DNA from: Squalus acanthias | Lineage: Eukaryota | Length of the DNA: 64,000 bases | Direction: 5' to 3' | NCBI GenBank assembly: GCA_030390025.1 | Contig: CM059432.1 | Location: forward strand, 89,406,001 to 89,470,000 | Shown here: in pieces, positions 11,701 to 23,595 of the stretch | Position numbering within the stretch: the stretch's first letter is position 1 | How the letters are laid out: each line of letters opens with the position of its first letter | Made by a program: the position numbers and the translations under genes | Notes under the pieces: model-generated | The model's input: the letters and a program-made list of their open reading frames with translations, nothing else | The model's database searches: none | What the model was told of the DNA's origin: nothing

Positions 11701-13351
11701 TGTAGAGTTTCGCAATTATCGCGATTCTAATAATATGAGAGAAGCAGGTTCAATTGAACATTTTTATTGAACGGAAAGCTGCTTTTAAAATAAAGGGTAC
11801 AGAAGCTTGTAAAATGGCCGCCGAGCATCGTGGCAGAAGTTTCCAGAGACACAGTGGGCAGACAAGATGGCGTTGAATATACATTCAGTATGAGACCATA
11901 CCCGGTACAAATTGAAAAGGCAGGATGCAACCCATTTGCATTTTGGACAAAAACAATGATATAAGTGCTTGAATCGTTTCATACGCACAGTAAGAATCAT
12001 TGAACTGGACAATCGGGGGCCCATCCAGACACATCAATACACAAATACCCCCCCCGGCTCAACAATGAGAGAGACATTGGCGGGTGATTAAGCCAGTATT
12101 CGGGGGGCCCCAAAACCAGTTGAGGAGACGATTCATACACATCCTGGCTGGCTCGACAATGAAGAAGGCATTAACGGATAGTTGGCCAGTTTCAGGTGAT
12201 ACCGAAACCCGTGAAGAAGATAATCACCCCATGCTGGGAGTTTTGGGCACCAAAATCATACAAAGGATAACATTTAGATTTGAGCAGGAGATAAGGCCGA
12301 CAAAACAGTATAACTACAGAGGACAAATGTCCATCGGTCTCTTGGCTCTTGGCTCTCTTGACTTTTCGCTCTTCGCCCTTGTCGTGCGCTGGTTCCTTCG
12401 GCGGTGCTATGCTGGTCGGTTGTTCGAGTGTTGGGTGGAGTTCAATCAGAATGAGCCACCTCGACACGGCAGGCAGCAGGGTACACCATCCCGATCATCG
12501 GTAAACGGTGTCCGGACCCATCAGGGCAACACAGCGGTGTGTTCCCGAGCGAGGCCCGAGTGACGAGAAGAAAGATGAGAAGAAAGACGAGAAGAAATTC
12601 CACGTGCCGCCACGGTTAGTAAACCCCGACCGCGCCCGAAGATAAACGGCAGAGTCCACCAGTTCAAATTCTACAGACTACTTCATGACCCGGTTTGAAT
12701 TCCACAAACTACTTCATGACATCAGGGAGTCTGGCTTACCCTCCGGCTCTTTGAGCGGGTAGCCCGAGCCATCTGCGACGAACTTTACCGGGGCCATCTC
12801 AAGTGGACCCATTCGCGGCAGCGAGAGTAAACAAGTTGGGTGCAGAAGCCCTTACAGCCACGTGACAGCCAGGCGCTGCAGCGAAACGAGCTGAGAGCCT
12901 CATTTTAAGTTTCCGAAGTGAGCCGAGTGGTGAGCATGTTTCCCGATCCTACAAATCCAGACGTAGTTTAGGTATATTAAGGGAGGGTGGTTCCTAAGGT
13001 TAATGTATAATGTGTTCCCCCTTTTACGATGTGTCGTGTGTTCCCCATTTCCATAGACCAAGTTTTATAAACGTGTGTATACTGGTACTCTCTTTGATCT
13101 GCGCCTATGACATGTATTTCATTATTTTGGACACCATGCAATAAAAGCATTCATTTCGTGCTATTCAACCAGGTCTATTTGAGTCTTTCTCTGCATTACT
13201 GCTCCTTGCATCTAAGTCCAGGTGTCAGAACCGTAAGGGCGAGTGGGTCGAACCACTCACAGGTGCTTATTGCAAAAGTCTGGCCGGAGACCAGAGCAAG
13301 CAATAGTACAGGCAACGAAAGCCTCACCTCGCACCAGTCCGAACCCTTACA
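11701..13351. mobile_element. Probable solo LTR (1651 bp)
   Basis: Starts TGTAGAGTTTCG and ends CGAACCCTTACA (imperfect inverted termini). 4-bp TSD ATCT (11697-11700, 13352-55). CpG-rich. AATAAA at 13140 (+) and 11763-68 (-). Confidence 0.8.
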
Positions 13352-13689
13352 ATCTGAGCAAAAATATCAGGAACGAATTTTGTCTCTACTGCCCCACGTA
13401 CGCCTAACAATGAGACCAAATTACAGAAAGAAATGAACCACCAACTTACCGCTGGAGGGAAGCCCGTTCCAATTTTTGAGCTGATCTCATTTAGGCAGTC
13501 AGTGCTCCCGTTATATATGAGGATTGCCTCATTAATATATACAAATTGGGGTCAAATGACAAAGTTAGAATCCTGATGCCATTTTCATTTAGACCTGCTT
13601 TGCTACCATCAGTTCCTCAACCTGTCCACAAAAGCTTAAGGGCCTTCTGTCAATGCACTTTTGTCTTCATTGGAGTCCTTCTGGCAATT

Positions 13690-14470
13690 CTAATCTGACT
13701 GGAGGAGAAGTAGTAGAAACAGAAGAAAGGAGCAAACAGTGCTACAGGTGCAGGGAGACCAAATAGAAGGGGTCGAGCTTGCAGGAATCCTTACCCTACT
13801 CACAGAGGTTATAGGCCCGGGACAACATAGCTGCAGTTCTCTGAGGAGCAGTGCATCAGGAGGCTGCGCTTCTCTAGGGAGGTTGTCACAGAGTTGTGTC
13901 ACCTCCTGCAACAAGCTCTGCAGCCACTGCCACAGCTAATATAGCATTACCTGTTGCAATCAAGGTCATTGCAGCCTGAACGGCTTTGCCTCTGACTCCT
14001 TTTAGGCTTCCACAGGGGAATCAGTAACATCAGTCAGTCTGCAGTTCATGCTTACGTTAATCAGGTGACCAAGCTTGCTGGAACAAATGCTTCCATCATG
14101 TTCCCCATGGACAACTGGAAGCAGAGGATAGGGCTCTGTGGTTCGCACAAATTACAGGCTTTCCCCAAGTTCAGAATCTTATTGACTGTGCCCACATCAC
14201 CCTAGCAGCTCCTTCACATGACCCAATTGCCTTTATGAATCTCAAGGGCTTCTACTCCATTAATGTGCAACTGGTGTATGATCACCAGCAACAAATCATG
14301 TAGGTCTGTGGTCGCTTTCCTTGCAGCCACCTTTTATCTTGCAGCAACCCTCCATCCCTCCCAATCTGTGTCCATGCACAGTAAGTGAGAGGCTGGCTGC
14401 TTGGGGACAAGGGCTATCTCCTGCACATTTGCCTCATGACTCCTTTCAGAAACCCACACTTGGCAGCTGA
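13690..14470 (+). pseudogene. Decayed Harbinger (HARBI1-like) transposase
   Basis: SEEQCIRRLRFSRE, IDCAHI, NLKGFYSINVQLVYDH and WLLGDKGY motifs with many frameshifts. Confidence 0.8.
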
Positions 14471-14695
14471 ATTGTCCTTCATCAGAACAATCCCTGCTTC
14501 TCTGCATGAATAGCCATGTCCAACATCTCTTTCAGCCCTTCCACCCTTAAATAAACTGCATACACCCCAAGACCAACATTAATATTTGTGTCAACTAGCA
14601 TTGCAGGATCACTAGCTGCTACAGGAATATTCTCTGCACTCCAAGATTTCAAAAAGGTTTATCATTTCACTTACACAAATGCTTACATACTTATT

Positions 14696-15447
14696 GGGCC
14701 AGAAATTCGGCTTTCCGGCTTCCTGCGGGTGCAAGCATCGCGCGCGTACTTGCCTACCGCGCCTGCCGTTGTGCTTTGGGCCCATGAGGACTTCGGCTCC
14801 TGGGCCTCCTCCAGCTGCCGGCGCGCAGTGCTTGCGTATCCCAGGGGCGCAGTTAGTTCGAAGCGTCCCCTGGGATCACGTGGGCCATGGAGAGCCAATC
14901 CTAACAGGGCATTTTCATTCATAGATTTGACAGGAAGACCTGTCAAATCTATGAACAGAGATCGGTCCTAAAACCACACTTAAACTTCAAACAAATTTTT
15001 TTAAAAATCACATTTTTAAAATACCTATAAGTTACATAAATTAACTACTTTAAACAAAAATTTAAATTTTTGAAAAAATTAATTATACTTTTTAACGGTG
15101 CTAAAAATAAACTTACCTTTCTTTAAAGTATCTAAAAAAGATAAACTTGTTGAAAAAATGTTTAAATTGTAATTAATTAACCACTTACCTTGTTAAAAAC
15201 AGGCCTTGCGCCTCCTTTTTAAATGTGCAGCTTCTCCATACTTACCCTCCCGGAGAAACCTGAAAAAAAAATCGAAGTTCGCTGCGTGCGCGCAGCCTCT
15301 CCCGCGCACGCGTTCAACTTCTGAACCCCTCCCTTCAGGAGAACGGAAGTTCTGGTTTCCCACACATGCATGAAACTGGCACTTCAGGTGGCCTTACGGG
15401 TGAGTACACAGCGCGTACTCACCCGACAAGAGCTGAATTTCTGGCCC
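14696..15447 (-). mobile_element. Harbinger-type MITE, second copy (inverted relative to 4548)
   Basis: TIRs GGGCCAGAAATTC / GAATTTCTGGCCC with TSD ATT (14693-95, 15448-50); reverse-complement match to 4548-5310. Confidence 0.92.
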
Positions 15448-15450
15448 ATT

Positions 15451-16130
15451 ATCACCCAGATGTGAGCCCATGGTGCCTGTTTTAAGTGCTCCCTTACCTA
15501 ACTAGTGCACCTAAGAGATGCTCCCCCAATGTGTTCAGCATGGGAGATGGAGAAGCTAGTGGTCAGCGACTTCTAGGAACTTGGGCCTGAGAGGGCCCAC
15601 TACAGACAGCAGCAACTCAGTGTCCTACCAGGCCAATCTGGCCCAACTGACTTTTTGACTCCTGGGCAGGCATTGGTTGAAGGGTACAAATGCACTGCCA
15701 TTTGAGAGAAGGCAACACGTTGCATTCTCATTGCACAACTGTCACTGCCATCAGGCTGCAGCTCAGCACTCCCACTGATTTGCATGAGAGCAAACTGTAA
15801 GGCATCCAAGATAACATTGAAGCCGCTATCCATTCTATCTCCTAGCCTGTCCAAGCTGGAGAAGCTGGTGGAGCCAAAAGCCTGCAGGGCACCAATATGA
15901 GCAACCCTCAGAGATGCTACCACTGTGCCAGAGGCTCCTGCAAGCATAGCCCTGCTGCTGTGTCCATTGAGATGACCACACGCTCCATGGTTAACTGCAA
16001 AGTGTTGATGCCAAGTTGGTAGTGGACTTCTCTATACTCTATTTCATGTTGTGGAAGCAGTCCAATACATTCAATAATTACTGAAGCGCAGAAAGATTTT
16101 TCTGTGCCCCTAAAGCCTGCAACTCACTGT
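15451..16130 (-). pseudogene. Decayed Harbinger Myb C-terminal region (probable partner of the 13690 transposase)
   Basis: Tail-to-tail position relative to the transposase; weak similarity to Myb exon 3 of the other copies (e.g. GPSGP-like motif, Ala/Gln-rich helix). Confidence 0.4.
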
Positions 16131-16313
16131 CCATCCAATATACACTAAATATGAAAATTTGACCAAAAATGTCCAAACCCAGGCATTTGGCTGAGGTCTT
16201 CAAGTGAAAGCCTTAATGAAGGCATTAAAAAAACACAAAAGGCAATTCAGCAGATAAGTATAACCAAGTGTAAAAATGCAGATTTTGAACTTGTTATTTT
16301 GTTGTAACCCTTA

Positions 16314-16425
16314 GGCCCTGACTTTATCCTAGTGCTTCTGGTGACAACAGGGTGCATTTGGGTTGGATTTACAATTTACACGCTGTCCCATTTTCAGCTC
16401 CATTGAAGTGGTTAAATTCAGGGCT
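16314..16425. mobile_element. Short Harbinger-type MITE
   Basis: Inverted termini GCCCTGACTTTA / TAAATTCAGGGC flanked by TTA on both sides; contains the CCATTGAAGT core. Confidence 0.6.
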
Positions 16426-16552
16426 TTAGCTTGGCCAATAGAAATTTCAGTTATTGGAAAGAAATGGCAGCTGAAAACATTTCTGGAAAACATTGCAAGC
16501 GATTTATGGAACTGTGGTAATCAGTCAAGAGGTTATATCCTCTCTTTCCAAT

Positions 16553-18413
16553 AGAAAAACTCCAAATCTAGAGCCCCCTGGATATCATGGGGCATACAGG
16601 ATAGGATAAGGCAAAAAAGGGAAGCTTATGTCAGATACCGAGAGCTAAATACTGCAGAAAGCCTAGAGGAGTATAGAAAGTGCAGGGGTGAAATTAAAAA
16701 GGCAAAGAGAGGGCTGATAAAATATTGGCAAGTAAAATCAAGAAAAACTTTGCATCTGTCTTCACAAAAGAGAGGGGCGATGCAGACATTGTAGTTAAGG
16801 AGGAGAAGTGTGAAATATTAGATGGGATAAACTTAGTGAGAGAGGAATTATTAAGGGGTTTAGCATCTTTGAAAGTAGATAAATCACCAGGCTTGGATGA
16901 AATATATCCCAGGCTGTTAAGAGAAGCAAGGGAGGAAATAGTGGAGGCTCTGACCATCATTTCCCAATCCTCTCTAGCTTCAGGTGTGCTATCGGAAGAC
17001 TGGAGGACTGCTAACGTTGTACCATTGTTTAAAATGGGAGAAAGGGATAGACCGAGTAATTACAGGCCAGTCAGCCTAACCTCGGTGGTGGGCAAATGAT
17101 TGGAAAAAATTCTGAGGGACAGTATTAATCATCATTTAGAAAGGCGCAGATTAATCAAGAACAGTCAGCATGGATTTGTTAAGGGATGGTCATGTCTGAC
17201 TAATTTGATTGAATTTTTTGAGGAGTTAACAAAGAGGGTTGATGAGGGTAGTGCGTTTGATGTAGTCTACATGGATTTTTAGCAAGGCTTTTGACAAGGT
17301 TCCACATGGCAGACTGGTCAGAAAAGCAAAAGCCCATGGGATTCAAGGGAAAGTGGGAAGTTGGATCCAAAATTGGCTCAGTGGCAGGAAGCAAAAAAAC
17401 AGATGTTTTTGTGACTGGAAAGTTGTTTCCAGTGGGGTTCCACAGGGCTCAGTACTAGGTCCCTTGCTTTTTGTGGTATACATCAATGAGTTAGACTTCA
17501 ATAAAAAAAATTGTCTGTGTGATTGATAGTGAGGAAGAAAGCTGTAGACTGCAGGAAGATATCAATGGACTGGTCAGGTGGGCAGAGAAGTGGCAAATGG
17601 AATTCAATCCAGAGAAGTGTGAGGTAATGCATTTGGGAGGGCTAACAAGGCAAGGGAATACACAATAAATGGTAGGATACTGAAAAGTGTAGAGGAACAG
17701 AGAGACCTTAGAATGCATGTCCACAGATCCCTGAAGGTACCAGGACAGGTAGATAAGGTGGTTAAGAAGGCATATGGGACACTTACCTTTTATTAAGCTG
17801 AGGCATAGAATATAAGAGCAGGGAGGTTATGCTTGAACTGTATAAAGCACTAATTAGGCCACAGCTAGAGTACTGCATACAGTTCTGGTCACCACATTAC
17901 AGGAAATATGTTATTGCATTAGAGAGGGTACAGAGGAGATTTGCGAGGATGTTGCCAGAACTGGAAATTTTTAGCTATGAAGAAAGATTGGATAGGCTGG
18001 GGTTGTTTATTTGGAACAGAGGAGACTGAGGGGAGATTTAATTGAGGTATATAAAATTATGAGGGGCCTAGATAGAGTGGATAGTAAGGACCTTTTTCCC
18101 TTAGCAGAGAGGTCAATAACAAGAGGGCAGAGATTTGAAATAATTGGTAAAAGGATTAGAGGAGCGTTGAGAACTTTTTTCACCCAGAGGGTGGTGAGGG
18201 TCTGAAACTCACTGCCTGAAAGGGTGGTAGAGTCAGAAACCCTCATCACATTTAAAAGTACTTGGATATGCACTTGAAGTGTTGGAACCTACAAGGCTAT
18301 GAACCAAGAGCTGGAAAGTGGGATTAGGCTGGATAGCTCTTTTTCGCCCGGCACAGACACATTGGGCCAAATGGCCTCCTTCTGTGCTGTAAATTTCTAT
18401 GATTCTATGATTC
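16553..18413 (+). mobile_element. CR1 LINE, 5'-truncated
   Basis: DKSPG, NYRPVSLTS, QHGF and RPQLEYC motifs in frameshifted ORFs; (TTCTATGA)n tail. Confidence 0.95.
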
Positions 18414-19312
18414 AATAGCAGCTATTGTGTGTGACAGAGGCTATGACAGTGAAACATACACCTTTAACATTGAAAATACCTATTGCAGCAGCAAAGGAGG
18501 AACAAGTACTGCAGGTACTTATAATGAGTTTTCAGTGAAACACACGCCTCACATACTAATATATAATAGATACGTAATAGAAGATTTCAATGGATGGATA
18601 ATTGTACCTGCAATTTTCCTATAAGCTTTGAGCTGTGTACAGTCGTTATTATGACAAAAATGGCACAGGGTTCTTGGGGGTCTTTCCCCTCCTAAAAAAG
18701 GTTTGTCAGAAACATTTTCTTGATGACTGCACCTTTAAATAGTGACTTCATGTTCAATAGACACTGCAGTCTTTTATTCAGCAAATGGGGGTCATTATTG
18801 CCAAGGTCATTGGAGAATTGCTCAGTTTATCACTATTATTATACATGTTTGAGAAATTTTTAATTAAGAAGATAATGAGCGCTCTATTAGAATTAACTTG
18901 CTATGATAGAACCCAATTTTTGACGTGATCATGTCATATAGTCATGTCAAATGGTCATTCCTTGATTACAAAGGATGAGCAATCAACTAAATTTGGACTT
19001 TTGGTTTTAGAGTCAGATCTGCAGTTTGTGTCCATCAGAACTGAATGCAAGTTTATGTGTTAAGCTGCTGTGCATGCCAAGATAACTGTTGTTCTTATTC
19101 ATACTGTCATCATAATCTTATAGAGTGCATTAATATAAATTCGAGACAATCTGTAAGATTAACTATTATTGTCACTTCCAGATTATTCCAAAACAGGGAA
19201 GTTCCACCTAAACTGAAATCAGGCAGTTATCCAATCAGCCAGTCTTTGCTACAGAGCCATACTTTCTTCAATCAATTAAACTAACATGAAATGAATAAAA
19301 TCAGACCCACTC

Positions 19313-20947
19313 CCTGGACTCAGCAAAGGTCCCGGCAGACTGGAAAACTGCTAATGTAACACCCTTATTTAAAAAGGGCAGTAGACAGAAGGCTGGAAAC
19401 TATGGACCGGTTAGCCTAGCATCTGTGGTGGGTAAAATTTTGGAGTCCATTATTAAGGAGACAGTAACGGGACATTTGGATAATCATAATTTAATAGGAC
19501 AAAGTCAGCATGGTTTTATGAAGGGGAAGTCATGTTTGACAAATTTGCTGGAGTTCTTTGAGGAAGTAACACACAGGGTGGATAAAGGGGAACCAGTGGA
19601 TGTGGTGTATTTAGACTTCCAAAAGGCATTTGACAAGGTGCCACACAAAAGATTATTGCTTAAGATAAAAAATCACGGGATTGGGGGTAATATTCTGGCA
19701 TGGATAGAGGATTGGCTATCTAACAGAAGGCAGAGAGTTGGGATAAATGGTTCATTCTCAGACTGGCAATTAGTAACTAGTGGTGTTCCGCAGGGGTCAG
19801 TGCTGGGTCCCCAACTCTTTACAATCTATATTAACGATTTGGAGGAGGGGACCGAGTGTAACATATCAAAGTTTGCAGATGATACTAAGATGGGAGGGAA
19901 AGTAGTGAGTGAGGAGGACATAAAAAATCTGCAAGGGGACATAGACAGGCTAAGTAAGTGGGCAGAGATTTGGCAGATGGAATACAATACTGGAAAGTGT
20001 GAGGTTATGCACTTTTGCAGGAAAAATAGTAGAGCAAGTTATTATCTAAATGGCAAGAAACTGGAAAGTACTGAAGTACAAAGGGATCTGGGGGTCCTGG
20101 TGCACGAAACTCAAAAGGTTAGTATGCAGGTGCAGCAACTGATTAAAAAGGCCAATGGAATGTTGGCTTTCATTGCTAGGGGGATAGAATATAAAAATAG
20201 GGAGGTATTGCTTCAGTTGTACAAGGTATTGGTGAGACCGCACCTGGAATACTGCATACAGTTTTGGTGTCCATACTTAAGAAAAGACATACTTGCTCTC
20301 GAGTCAGTACAAAGAAGGTTCACTCGGTTAATCCCGGGGATGAGGGGATGGACATATGAGGAGAGGTTGGGTAGATTGGGACTCTACTCATTGGAGTTCA
20401 GAAGAATGAGAGGCGATCTTATTGAAACATATAAGATTGTGAAGGGGTTGGATCGGGTGGATGCCGGGAGGATGTTCCCGATGATGGGTGAAACTAGAAC
20501 TAGGGGGCATAGTCTTAGAATAAGGAGCTGCTCTTTCAGAACTGAGATGAGAAGGAACTATTTCACTCAGAGGGTGGTAGGTCCATGGAATATGCTGCCC
20601 CAAAAAGCTGTAGAAGCTACATCATTACATAAATTTAAAACAGAAATAGACAGTTTCCTAGAAGTAAAGGGAATTAAGGGTTACGGGGAGCGGGCAGGAA
20701 TTCGGACATGAGTCTAGGTTCGGATCGGTCATGGCCCTGTGGGTAGCGTAGCGGGCCCAGGGGCCGTGTAGCCTGATTCTGCTCCTATTTCGTGTGTCCA
20801 ATTCTGTTAGGTTCAGGAGATGGTTCTGTGATAGTAGATTGGCGGTTAGGATCAGATTAGCCATGATCTTATTGAATGGCGGAGCAGGCTCGAGGGGCCA
20901 ATTGGCCTACTCCTGCTCCTATTTCTTATGTTCTTATGTTCTTATGT
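19313..20947 (+). mobile_element. Young CR1 LINE, 5'-truncated, with duplicated 3' tail
   Basis: Uninterrupted RT frame; (TTCTTATG)3 end; two copies of the 3'-terminal motif. Confidence 0.95.
19425..20711 (+). CDS. CR1 ORF2 reverse transcriptase (open C-terminal fragment, no true start codon)
   Basis: 428 codons with [20 protein letters not shown] and KFADDTK; the frame stays open upstream to the truncation point (~19318). Confidence 0.85.
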   Translation: MVGKILESIIKETVTGHLDNHNLIGQSQHGFMKGKSCLTNLLEFFEEVTHRVDKGEPVDVVYLDFQKAFDKVPHKRLLLKIKNHGIGGNILAWIEDWLSNRRQRVGINGSFSDWQLVTSGVPQGSVLGPQLFTIYINDLEEGTECNISKFADDTKMGGKVVSEEDIKNLQGDIDRLSKWAEIWQMEYNTGKCEVMHFCRKNSRASYYLNGKKLESTEVQRDLGVLVHETQKVSMQVQQLIKKANGMLAFIARGIEYKNREVLLQLYKVLVRPHLEYCIQFWCPYLRKDILALESVQRRFTRLIPGMRGWTYEERLGRLGLYSLEFRRMRGDLIETYKIVKGLDRVDAGRMFPMMGETRTRGHSLRIRSCSFRTEMRRNYFTQRVVGPWNMLPQKAVEATSLHKFKTEIDSFLEVKGIKGYGERAGIRT

Positions 20948-21184
20948 AAAGTCAAGCATCCCCCACGATCTACCTGAGGCGCTCTGCTGCAGAGGCCCAA
21001 GTTGGTCCTGGTTCAACAGGCAAGCTGTTTCTGGATGCCTGCTTTGTGTCGCAGCTCATCGGAGATATACTGATGAGCCTGATGCCCAATTTTGGGAAAG
21101 CCTCGGGCCTCCAGCTTCTGTCACGTTCTCCCAGCGCAACATCAATTCTGTACCCGAAAGTGCGTCTAAATGAATTCTTAGCCT

Positions 21185-21830
21185 ATAGTGTCCTTGTACA
21201 AGACCCTGTTTAGGCCTTACTTAGAATACTGTGTCCGGGTTTGGTCTCGTCACATAATGGGTGATATTGAAGCCCTGGGAAAAGTTCAATGGAGGGCTAC
21301 CAAAATGATCCTTAGCTTAAAATCTCCTAGTTATCATGATAGGCTTAGAAAGTAGTTTTTTGTACTCTAGAAAAGTGTAAACACTGGGGGAGAATTAATT
21401 AAAGTATTTAAAATGATGAAGAGACTATACTGCGTCTGTATAGACAGACTATTTGTATGAGATAGAATAGGGAAAATGAAGGGTCATACCTATGAGCTAT
21501 GCAAGCATAGGACTAGGTTAGACATCATGAGGTGTTTCTTTAAGCAGTGTTGTCAACACTTGGAGCAAGTTTCCGGCTCGAGTGGTAATTATGGGTTTAC
21601 TGCGACAGTTCAAAAAGAGACAGAGGGTTCCTTGTTGTGGCTAATATCATTGCATACAGAAGATAGATAGGACTTTGGTATGTACTTCATGGTCACTGAT
21701 TTTCTGGATCTTGTTTTTGAAATTTGGGAGTCCCAATGTGTTGTTGCAACATGACTGTTTGGGACAGGCTCGGTGGACCAGCTGGTCTTTTCCTGTCTAT
21801 CTTGTCGTATGTTTCTATGTTTGTAATCTA
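21185..21830 (+). mobile_element. Old CR1 3' fragment
   Basis: LYKTL.RPYLEYCV and KGHTY.L motifs, heavily decayed. Confidence 0.7.
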
Positions 21831-21925
21831 CCCTTCTTTGTCTCAGCATCCATTTTTTGATTGCGCCTCTGTGAAGCACCTTGGGGTGTTTTTCTATGTT
21901 AAAGGCGCTATATAAATGCAAGTTA
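21831..21925 (+). mobile_element. L2/SINE 3' tail fragment
   Basis: ctgtgaagcaccttggg...ttaaaggcgctatataaatgcaagtt, the same tail as the SINE and L2 copies. Confidence 0.7.
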
Positions 21926-23420
21926 TACATAGCTTGGATTGAAAATAGAATAGTTGAGGGAAATATATACACTGAAACCTAAAGAATGCAGTATACTATG
22001 ATCTGTGACTTTACTGGAAGTTATCAACTTGTTAGCTGATTTTTAATTTGTGCAATTTTTAACCACATTTATGTTTACAATTGGTATCTTATGAGAATGT
22101 GCACTAATAGCTCAATTAACAAAAAGTGATAACGTTGCTGGTTAAGGTAGTGTCATTATAGCATGTGTATGTGACTAGGATGATGGAAGGGGGCAACGTT
22201 AGTAAGTTTAGCAAAAATTAAGGCTCTGTTTTTTCCTTCTCCTTGATGAGGCACAACCTTAAAAGACATGAACAAGTTGTTGGTGACATTCTTTGGGGCA
22301 ATTTTGGTTGACATTGCATGGTGAATAATGGTTGAAATATACCAGCTTAAAGTTGGTGGAATTGGCATTCAATCATCTGGTTATTTCCTCAAAAGCCTAC
22401 CCATTGACCTGTGTAGTGTGGGACTGGAGGTGCTCTCGTGCTGAAGCTTGCAGCCCTCTTCTCCAGTACCTCCTTGATAAGGGAAATTTCTGAGACAATA
22501 ATGCGTACTGCTTGTATTTTACTATACCACTACATTGCAATTTTCCAATCATATTGTCTGGATTGCCACCTGTCTGGTGTATTGTAGGTTAAAGTGGACA
22601 CTTTCTGCTAGTTAAGGTGCTAAACTGTAATGATTGTAGCTGAGCCATGACTGGATACCTAACTCAGCACCAGGCTGCTGCTGATTGTGCGGCCAGTTAT
22701 GCAGCTTACATGGAAAATAACTGGATAAAAGAGCCTTCATACCCGACACCCGGAAAATCACTCCCAAATCAATTAAAGCAAATGGACCAAAAAAATGAAA
22801 AGTGGAGAAATCAAATTAGAAATGAAATAGAAAGAAAGATAAATGAGGCAGTGATAAAGAAATAAATGGTATGAAAACTGAGAAAGAGTAGTAAAAAATG
22901 AGAGAATGAGAAAGAAATGTAGAATGAAAAAAACATGAAAGCATCAACAGTATTTGAAAGCAAGAGAAGAAGAAATGGTATTAAAAGCTTTCTTGCAAGA
23001 GGGGACTGGGGTCGCTATAAGTGGCTTCAATGTCTGTAAGTTCCTGATTATATCCAACAATCTGTGCTGGAGGTGCACGTCCTCATCTGGCTTCCACATA
23101 TGTTTGATCCACAAGTATCATACGCTATTGTGCTCTTCAGTTGAAAAATAAAGGTCAGCAGTCAGGTCCATGCCATGTTCCACTGGTGTAGTACCAGGAA
23201 ATGGTAGGAAATCACTCATAGCTGTGCGGTCTCAATAGTGCATTCTGATCTCTGTACAGCTGTACTTCTTGCAGAGCAAGTTGTCCCAGGCCTCTCTTGT
23301 CAACCAAGTAACTGGTGTAAGCATTCTATTGGTGATGGTCATTTGCCCACCTACTTGTCATGCCTTGTGGGAGCACAAAGGAGAATAAAATGAGGCCAAA
23401 ATTTAAGTTATAATTTAATC

Positions 23421-23595
23421 TAATTTTATCCTAATCCACCCGGCAGGAATCTGACAGGATCGGATTGGCTGCCCGTTTTACACCACTCCCAATGTTACTT
23501 TCCATTGAAGTCAATAGAAAGTAAATCAGGCACAGTACAAAATGAGAACCAATCCATCAGTTTCCCACCGGGTAGGTTAGATTCAAATTATCCTC
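23421..23595. mobile_element. Palindromic MITE (central CCATTGAAGTCAATAG)
   Basis: Imperfect fold-back symmetry about ttactttccattga/tcaatagaaagtaa. Related pieces at ~25165-25300, ~31700-31795 and ~41399-41500. Confidence 0.6.

Noticed and set aside
12562..12720. CRISPR-like or satellite array
   Set aside because: Only 2-3 short repeats inside an LTR-like element in a eukaryotic context.
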